Assembly (NCBI GenBank): GCA_964248365.1
Contig: CAXTYC010000013.1
Coordinates: forward strand, 1 to 64,000
DNA length: 64,000 nt
Direction: 5' to 3'
From: an uncultured Chroococcidiopsis sp.
GTDB taxonomy: Bacteria; Cyanobacteriota; Cyanobacteriia; Cyanobacteriales; Chroococcidiopsidaceae
The notes beneath the pieces are model-generated. The model had not been told where the DNA came from, ran no database searches, and was given only the letters and a program-made list of their open reading frames with translations. Below, in pieces: positions 57,961 through 64,000 of this stretch (within the stretch, counting starts at the first letter, position 1; every line of letters begins with the position of its first letter). The translations under genes and the position numbers were made by a program.

Positions 57961-58570
57961 ACAGTCTAGAAACCGCTGGACACGGACGTAGATACCACCG
58001 CCAAGGTAAATCGATACCTTGAGATAAACCAATTCGGGTAGTCTGAACAATGGTAATAGCTTGACAATCAAGCTGCTGTTGGAATTCTCGCCGCCGATGT
58101 TCCAACCACAGCGGTTCACTCGGTTGGAGAACAATACCATTTAAACTGCGGTCAATTTGTAAGACATGGCACAGCTTACCAGGTCCTGCTGCAATTCTAT
58201 GGAGATTTTTTGCGCCACTGTCTAACCCAACTGGTAATGTCTCCAATTGCAAAGCCCGAACTAAAACAGCGCTGGGAATCCCTTCTCGATCTGTGACAAT
58301 ATTGAAACAGTGATATATACCATAAATTAGATAGATGTAGGTTCTCCCAGCAGAGCCAAATAGTACCTGGTTGCGTGGGGTAAGACGGCGATAAGCATGA
58401 AAAGCTGGATCACCAGGGGCATAAGCTTCTGTTTCTACAATCATTCCCCGCAAAATTTGTCCATCGGGTAATTTTCGGACAAGAGTACAGCCCAGTAGAT
58501 TTATTGCTACTTCGGTAGATGGACGCGCTAGCACTTCAGGTTCTACAATCTGATTGAATAGACTTGACAC
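57959..58570 (-). CDS. mpg: DNA-3-methyladenine glycosylase (AAG/MPG family)
   Basis: IVETEAY, YIYLIYG.YHCFNIV, AVLVRAL, GPGKLC, TRIG. Confidence 0.92.
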   Translation of the reverse strand: MSSLFNQIVEPEVLARPSTEVAINLLGCTLVRKLPDGQILRGMIVETEAYAPGDPAFHAYRRLTPRNQVLFGSAGRTYIYLIYGIYHCFNIVTDREGIPSAVLVRALQLETLPVGLDSGAKNLHRIAAGPGKLCHVLQIDRSLNGIVLQPSEPLWLEHRRREFQQQLDCQAITIVQTTRIGLSQGIDLPWRWYLRPCPAVSRL

Positions 58571-58686
58571 TAAAACAATTTACCTGCCATTAAAAAAGTT
58601 GAACCTAGATATTTCTAGATCAGAAATTAAATCAGAGTGCTTTATCTAGTTATAGTCGTTGATTATTAAAGGAGAACGGTCACAAA

Positions 58687-58809
58687 ATGGATGTCAAGCT
58701 GATTTTAATCGGGCTAACTTGTCTTTTTACCGTTTCGTGTTTATTTTTTGGCACGAAAAATGGATTTTATGATTCAGATAATTATCACGGTAACGGTTCT
58801 GCCCACTAA
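58687..58809 (+). CDS. ndhP: NDH-1L subunit NdhP (not in ORF track)
   Basis: hand translation MDVKLILIGLTCLFTVSCLFFGTKNGFYDSDNYHGNGSAH*; SD AAAGGAG upstream. Confidence 0.9.
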   Translation: MDVKLILIGLTCLFTVSCLFFGTKNGFYDSDNYHGNGSAH

Positions 58810-58825
58810 ATGAACAGAGGCAGAA

Positions 58826-59058
58826 GGCTAAAGTATAAAGGGACTCGGGACTCGGGAAAGGTTGAAGGTTGAAGGCTAAAGGCTAAAGATTAAATTTCAT
58901 AGTTCATACTTCACACTTCATCCTTCATACTTCATACTTTACACTTCGCGCCTTTGTACAGACGCAATATATTGCGTCTCTATACACTTCATCCTTCATA
59001 CTTCACACTTCACTACTTCATACTTCGCACCTTCATCCTTCATCCTTCACATTTCATG
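58826..59058. repeat. STRR-like heptamer array (CTTCATA/CTTCACA/CTTCATC) with an embedded palindrome
   Basis: tandem 7-mers interrupted by GTACAGACGCAATATATTGCGTCTCTATAC. Confidence 0.85.
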
Positions 59059-59105
59059 CTTGATAACTGTCGTTGCTTGCAGCCTCTGGCTAGTATAGGG
59101 TTAGA

Positions 59106-60818
59106 GTGGAGGGCAAGATGAGCGATCGCTTACCGATATCCTCTGGTTTGCTTGGGGAAACAAATTCAGAGCTAGAATGTTTTCCCTATGGTGTCCATCA
59201 TGAAAATGAAGGTGTCTGTTTACTAGTGCGGATGGGTCCCTACCGCATTTTACTTGACTGTGGTTTAACGGACGTTTCATGCCTACAACAGGGGCTAAAG
59301 CAACAATTACCAGCCGACTTGGTTTTGTGTAGTCACGCTCACCCAGATCACGCTAGAGGTTTACTAGCGCTGCATCAAGCTTTTGGGATGTTGCCTATCT
59401 ATGCTAGTGAAGCAACTACTCATTTACTAGGGCTAAATTGGTCAGACGTAGAATCAAGCACGATACAGCAATTTTGTCAAGCTTTACCTTGGCGATCGCC
59501 TGTAGAGTTCCAAGATGGACTGACGGCTGAATTATTTCCGGCTGGACATCTACCAGGAGCTGCGGCAATTTTACTTACCTACACTACTCCACGTCGAACT
59601 TATACACTGTTTTACACTGGGGACTTTTTTTTGTCCAACTCTCGCCTGGTGGAGGGTTTGCCTTTAGAAGAATTGCGAGGCTTAGAACCAGATGTGCTGG
59701 TGATTGAAGGTAGTTATGGCACGGCGCGTCATTCCCATCGGCGCAACCAAGAAAACATCCTAGCAGAAAGAATTAATCGCGCGATCGCCAGTTCTTACAG
59801 TGTCCTCCTTCCCACACCGTCTTTGGGTTTGGGTCAAGAAATCTTGATGCTCCTGCGTAGTCATCACAACTTCACAGGGCGCAACCTAGATATTTGGGTT
59901 GATGGAAATGTTGCCCAGGGTTGTGATGCTTACCTAGAATTGCTGCCCCATTTACCCACTTCGGTGCAGAATTTTGCTAAACATCAATCCCTATTTTGGG
60001 ATGAAAGAGTACGCCCCCGAATGCGGCGGCTAGAACCAGATATGCGTGGAACTGTTGGGCAATCTCCCTGCATTATCCTTACGGATGAAAGGGCTGATTT
60101 CACTGAGTACTGCCAGCCTAACACTGGTCCTTGGCTGATCTTAGTGCCGGAAAAACCAGGTTACTCACTTGCTTCTTTGCAGGCGGGTTTATCCGACACA
60201 CCCGTAGACAAAACAAAGCAGTTAAACTCTTCTTTACAAGCGCCGACTGAGGTTGAATCTTATCTACTGGCGCAGCATAGTGATGGTCCTGGTACTACCC
60301 AGCTAATTCACAATCTCCGACCTAAGCACGTAATTTTTGTTCACGGTTCTCCTACTTACCTAGCTGATCTCGCCAGTCTAGAGGAGCTACGTAACCGTTA
60401 TCACCTACATTCTCCTGCTGCTGGCACATTGGTAGAACTTCCGATTGGCGAAGTGTTCTTACAACCAGCAGCGCCAGAAGCTAACTATGAAGGTGAACTG
60501 AATGAATTAGAGACGGTAGTAACAATTAGCCTGCCCGATGCAATTACCACCGATCCTCGTTGGCGCTCTTTTGCGGATACAGGTTTGGTGTCAGCTCGTT
60601 GGCAAGGAGACGAATTAGTCTTACGCGGTTTGTCGCCACGAGAGCTACTTAATACCAGTAGCGATCGCGATCCTTGGACTGATTTGAACTGCTGCGCTAC
60701 CTGTAGATTTCAAAGGGGACAGCGCTGCTGGAACCCTGACTCTCCCCTATTTGGTTTCAAAGTTACCCCTGAAGGTTACTGTCCTGCTTTTGAACCCAAA
60801 ACTGAACCACCTGATTGA
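59106..60818 (+). CDS. metallo-beta-lactamase / beta-CASP-like hydrolase with C-terminal Cys cluster
   Basis: LLDCG, SHAHPDH, AGHLPGA, YTGD, EGSYG, HSD, FVHG; terminal CCATC...C...C. Confidence 0.85.
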   Translation: MEGKMSDRLPISSGLLGETNSELECFPYGVHHENEGVCLLVRMGPYRILLDCGLTDVSCLQQGLKQQLPADLVLCSHAHPDHARGLLALHQAFGMLPIYASEATTHLLGLNWSDVESSTIQQFCQALPWRSPVEFQDGLTAELFPAGHLPGAAAILLTYTTPRRTYTLFYTGDFFLSNSRLVEGLPLEELRGLEPDVLVIEGSYGTARHSHRRNQENILAERINRAIASSYSVLLPTPSLGLGQEILMLLRSHHNFTGRNLDIWVDGNVAQGCDAYLELLPHLPTSVQNFAKHQSLFWDERVRPRMRRLEPDMRGTVGQSPCIILTDERADFTEYCQPNTGPWLILVPEKPGYSLASLQAGLSDTPVDKTKQLNSSLQAPTEVESYLLAQHSDGPGTTQLIHNLRPKHVIFVHGSPTYLADLASLEELRNRYHLHSPAAGTLVELPIGEVFLQPAAPEANYEGELNELETVVTISLPDAITTDPRWRSFADTGLVSARWQGDELVLRGLSPRELLNTSSDRDPWTDLNCCATCRFQRGQRCWNPDSPLFGFKVTPEGYCPAFEPKTEPPD

Positions 60819-60927
60819 GAGAGCAAAAGGAGGCAAAAGGAAGCAAAAGGAGGCTGGGGTAGTGGTAGCGAATTATAAAGCCACTAACTTCTTTCCCTAG
60901 CCCCTGCGCCTTTGCCTCTAGCCCCTC

Positions 60928-61239
60928 CTAATCGGGATTCGAGTCTGTGTAACGATTACGAATGCGCTCTGCTTCTGGGCAATCGTCAGAAACAAGTGGT
61001 TCAACATTACCGCGTGGCACTGAAGCTAGTTTTTGAGTAACAGCACCAATGCTTTCTAGGCGAACCATTTCCTCCCAGGCGCAGATTTCATCTTCTTCTT
61101 CTGTTTCATAGCGCAGAGTGACTAAATCGCCTTCTATATCTAGGATACGGGCTCGCTCTATCCAGCGTTGCTGATCCCGCAAAAAGATACATACTTCACG
61201 CCCATCGCAACACAGTTGATAAATCTTGCGGTGTAGCAT
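60928..61239 (-). CDS. conserved cyanobacterial hypothetical protein (possible Sm/Hfq-like fold)
   Basis: clean ORF, SD-like GAAAGG upstream, beta-rich pattern. Confidence 0.75.
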   Translation of the reverse strand: MLHRKIYQLCCDGREVCIFLRDQQRWIERARILDIEGDLVTLRYETEEEDEICAWEEMVRLESIGAVTQKLASVPRGNVEPLVSDDCPEAERIRNRYTDSNPD

Positions 61240-61858
61240 TTATTGCTTCTACCTTTCTCAACGTATTTAAATCTGTTAATTTTTGGGCTAGAACCCACTT
61301 TATCATACCCACTTATATCGCTGGTTAACTCAACCATAACAAGATTGTAGTTACACCATCGCTCATGTTTTGCTTATTTTCAGTTTCATTCAAATCCCGT
61401 GTCGCTAGCTGTTGGTTAATTTGTTGCATTTGAGTCTAGGTCAATTGCTGCAAAGAGCTTTTAAGGAAGGTAATGGTTTATCAACAGCACCCCGTGTTTG
61501 AATTTTCACCCTAACCTAGCTATTAGTTGCTACCGACTTTTTTGAATTGCGCTGATTTCAAGGACACTCCTTGATAAGTTTACTTTATCCATCTGTGTGC
61601 CTGCTCGAATTGAGTGGCATTGATTTAGAGTCAAGGGACTCTGTGCGCTTAATCCTATTGTATTATATTTTAACTCATTCTCTTGCCCCTGTTGATCATT
61701 TTAAGAGAAAAGCTATGCCTAATTGGGGTAATTTTGAATGTTTCGCTCATTGTGCGATCGCCCCCCATCTGTGTTAATAAAATAACCGAAAATGCCAAAA
61801 GCGGTTAAGTAAAACTAGATTGTGCTTAAAAAACCTAATAAAATGATAAAAAATTAAG

Positions 61859-62674
61859 CTACTGGCTACTATGACTATAAAAACGACGAAAATCTTCATC
61901 TTTTTGACTTAGCTGTACCCATTCGACTGACAAATCTTGGAATTTTGCCACCAAGCGATCGCAAGCAGGGCGTTCGGTAGCATAATGTCCAGCATCAATC
62001 AAAATCAGTCCGCGATCGCGGCTTTCTTGAAATTGATGAAACTTACAATCAGAAGTCAGATAAACTTCAGCCCCCGTCTTTACCACATCTGAAATAAAGC
62101 TAGCCCCCGAACCGCCCAAAACTGCTACGCGCTGAATCGTTTGCTGTAAATCAGCAGTGGGAAAATAAATTAGATCGGGAGGATTGAGCAAAGTTTGAAT
62201 TTGAGTCAGTAACTCTTGTAGAGTCAAAACTGGGCTTAAATCACCAACACGACCATATCCGAGTTCTGATGTAGTTGGTACAATTGGCTTTACCTGCTTG
62301 AGTTTTAACAGAGTCGCTAGTACGTCAGCTGTGCCATCGGACACTTGATCGAAGTTGGTATGAGCAGTGTAAACTCCGATTTGGTGGATAAAAGCTAGCC
62401 ACGTCATTTGGGCGATCGGATTTCCCATGCGAAGCGATTTAAGCGGACTAAAAATCAGGGGATGATGGGCAAAAATCAGATTAATTCCCATACCTGACTT
62501 CTGCAAGGCGATCGCTTCTTGCATCACAGCTAAAGTAGGAGTCAAACACACTAATACTCGTGCTGGTTGATCCAATACTCCAGGTTCAATCTGCCAACCA
62601 CAATTATCCCAGCTTTCCTGCATCGCTGGATTTGCCCAATTTTCAAACCAGTTAATTAAATCGACTATTTTCAT
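61859..62674 (-). CDS. Nif3-like dinuclear metal protein
   Basis: ESWDNCGWQ, AHHPLIF, AHTNFD, GGSG, DAGHYATE. Confidence 0.93.
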   Translation of the reverse strand: MKIVDLINWFENWANPAMQESWDNCGWQIEPGVLDQPARVLVCLTPTLAVMQEAIALQKSGMGINLIFAHHPLIFSPLKSLRMGNPIAQMTWLAFIHQIGVYTAHTNFDQVSDGTADVLATLLKLKQVKPIVPTTSELGYGRVGDLSPVLTLQELLTQIQTLLNPPDLIYFPTADLQQTIQRVAVLGGSGASFISDVVKTGAEVYLTSDCKFHQFQESRDRGLILIDAGHYATERPACDRLVAKFQDLSVEWVQLSQKDEDFRRFYSHSSQ

Positions 62675-62779
62675 CTTTTTATATCATTTATTTGTTAGTT
62701 GGTACAAACGTAGCACTGCTAAGTCTTTCCTGGTAGTTGGTAGTTGGTAACTGATAACTGATAACTGATAACTGATATA

Positions 62780-63193
62780 TTAATTACCGGAAATGTGAAC
62801 AACTATTTCTCTGGTATGATTACGCTGGCGGTGTTCCCATATATAGATTCCCTGCCAAGTTCCCAGCAGCAATTGACCTCTAGCAATGGGGATTTGTTCT
62901 GAGGTGTGGGTGAGGGCTGTACGGATGTGAGCTGGCATATCATCTGCACCTTCAGCATCGTGAATATACTGTGCTGATTCTGGCACTAGTTTTGCCATAA
63001 AGTTAGCTAAATCCTTGAGTACATCAGGATCAGCGTTTTCTTGAATAATTAAACTGGCTGAAGTGTGACGTAAAAATAGGGTACAAAGTCCAACTTCTAC
63101 GCCAGAATCCGCAACTATTGCCTCAATTTTTGAGGTAATGTTAGTTAAAGATTTGCCAGTGGTAGGAAATTTGAGTATTTGTTGGTAGGGCAT
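62780..63193 (-). CDS. yjbQ: YjbQ / UPF0047 protein
   Basis: HTSASL.IQENADPDV, DDMPAHIR, LGTWQGIY; sequence upstream of ATG 63193 is repeat-derived. Confidence 0.9.
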   Translation of the reverse strand: MPYQQILKFPTTGKSLTNITSKIEAIVADSGVEVGLCTLFLRHTSASLIIQENADPDVLKDLANFMAKLVPESAQYIHDAEGADDMPAHIRTALTHTSEQIPIARGQLLLGTWQGIYIWEHRQRNHTREIVVHISGN

Positions 63194-63288
63194 AGGTAAT
63201 AATTGGTAATTGGTAGTTGGTAATTGGTAGTTGGTGATTCTCCCACTCTCCCCATCTCCCACTCTCCCCTGATTCCCCCTCACCCCTC

Positions 63289-64000
63289 TTAGCTCACCCC
63301 TTCCATAACGGCTTGGGCGATCGCTTCATTTCCATCTAGGGCTAGGAGTTGAGATTGCTGGGGTGGTTGGGGTGGTTGGTGTAAAAATTCCCATTGGCTT
63401 TGGAAAAATTCAGCAGGGGTGAGAATTTGATGTTGGGCGTAATTAGTAATGCCCTCGATCAGAAAAGCAGCTTCAGCAAAGTCGTCACGAGTCATTGTAA
63501 CAATTGGCACTCCAACTTTGACGGCTTCGGCAAATGTGCCGTAACCAGGTTTAGAAACTACTCTGCCACATAAGGGCATGAAATCTACTGGACGTAATTT
63601 TTGGTCGGTGATTTTGATTAAATTGGGCAAATCAGGGGCGGAAGTATTAAATGTCAGGAATTGCCAATCTGGAAAATGTTGCAGGTTATTGTAAGGAAGT
63701 TGTTGTAAACCTAAACCACCAAATGTGAGTAATACAGTCTTTTCTGGTGGGGCTGTTATTCCCCAGTTAGATCGTAGCGTGTCCGCTAGGTAGCGAGGTG
63801 AACCGCCAGTTAGACCAACGTCGGTAATGTTGGGAAATGCGCTCATCGGTTCGTGGAAGGGTAGACGAAACAGGCGATCGCACTGACTGTAACAATCACT
63901 GATCCAATCAGCAATTTCGAGAAATTCGCCCCCCCAAGAGCGGTAAACTAAGTCCCAGCCAAAGTTACTAGCTATATAACAGGGAATATTTGCAGATGAA
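63289..64000 (-). CDS. GT-B-type glycosyltransferase-like protein, 5' part outside the window
   Basis: frame stays open to the window edge (SNFGWD.VY, RLPFHEPM); LLTFGGLG, VVSKPGYGTFAEA. Confidence 0.75.
   Translation of the reverse strand, partial: SSANIPCYIASNFGWDLVYRSWGGEFLEIADWISDCYSQCDRLFRLPFHEPMSAFPNITDVGLTGGSPRYLADTLRSNWGITAPPEKTVLLTFGGLGLQQLPYNNLQHFPDWQFLTFNTSAPDLPNLIKITDQKLRPVDFMPLCGRVVSKPGYGTFAEAVKVGVPIVTMTRDDFAEAAFLIEGITNYAQHQILTPAEFFQSQWEFLHQPPQPPQQSQLLALDGNEAIAQAVMEGVS

Larger units (their letters stand above)
1152..63879. repeat. HIP1 octamer GCGATCGC dispersed across the window
   Basis: seen dozens of times (e.g. 1152-1159, 2182-2189); hallmark of many cyanobacterial genomes. 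Confidence 0.95.

Noticed and set aside
56430..58140. ORFs 56430-56702, 56662-56871 and 57934-58140 as independent genes
   Set aside because: The first is the frameshifted prsW start running through the repeat; the others overlap real genes out of frame
61571..61777. 68-aa plus-strand ORF
   Set aside because: TTG start, no SD or motif, and it lies antisense across the likely promoter of the 60928-61239 gene

Overview
Chromosomal window from a cyanobacterium: the HIP1 octamer GCGATCGC recurs throughout, with heptamer/nonamer short tandem repeats (STRR-like) and photosynthesis genes (bciB, psb35, psbM, ndhP, nblS). Most of it is housekeeping: rsmB, PBP1A, folK-NUDIX-phrA, purD-nblS, mntH and a P1B ATPase, FKBP, dnaB-rplI, gloB, ABC1 kinase, pepN, an RND pair, ferredoxin-psbM-USP, porin-Rrf2-cysK-J domain-queD, mpg, an MBL hydrolase, Nif3 and yjbQ. 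Two real small genes missing from the ORF track were found by hand (psbM 48109-48222, ndhP 58687-58809). The best candidates for undescribed systems are (1) a UbiA polyprenyl-phosphate phosphoribosyltransferase, a HAD phosphatase and a GT-C-like membrane protein behind a broken methyltransferase, suggesting a lipid-linked pentose glycosylation pathway, and (2) a coupled duplicated glycine-zipper membrane protein plus HNH nuclease cassette next to an apparently disabled PD-(D/E)xK protein. The window is also heavily colonised by very small repeats (GTAG-type REP-like hairpins, MITE-like elements, 9-mer/7-mer composites). These sit in frame inside several housekeeping proteins, supply stop codons, and frameshift the start of prsW. 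No rRNA, tRNA, CRISPR array or transposase was seen. All family calls come from motif recognition; no searches were run.
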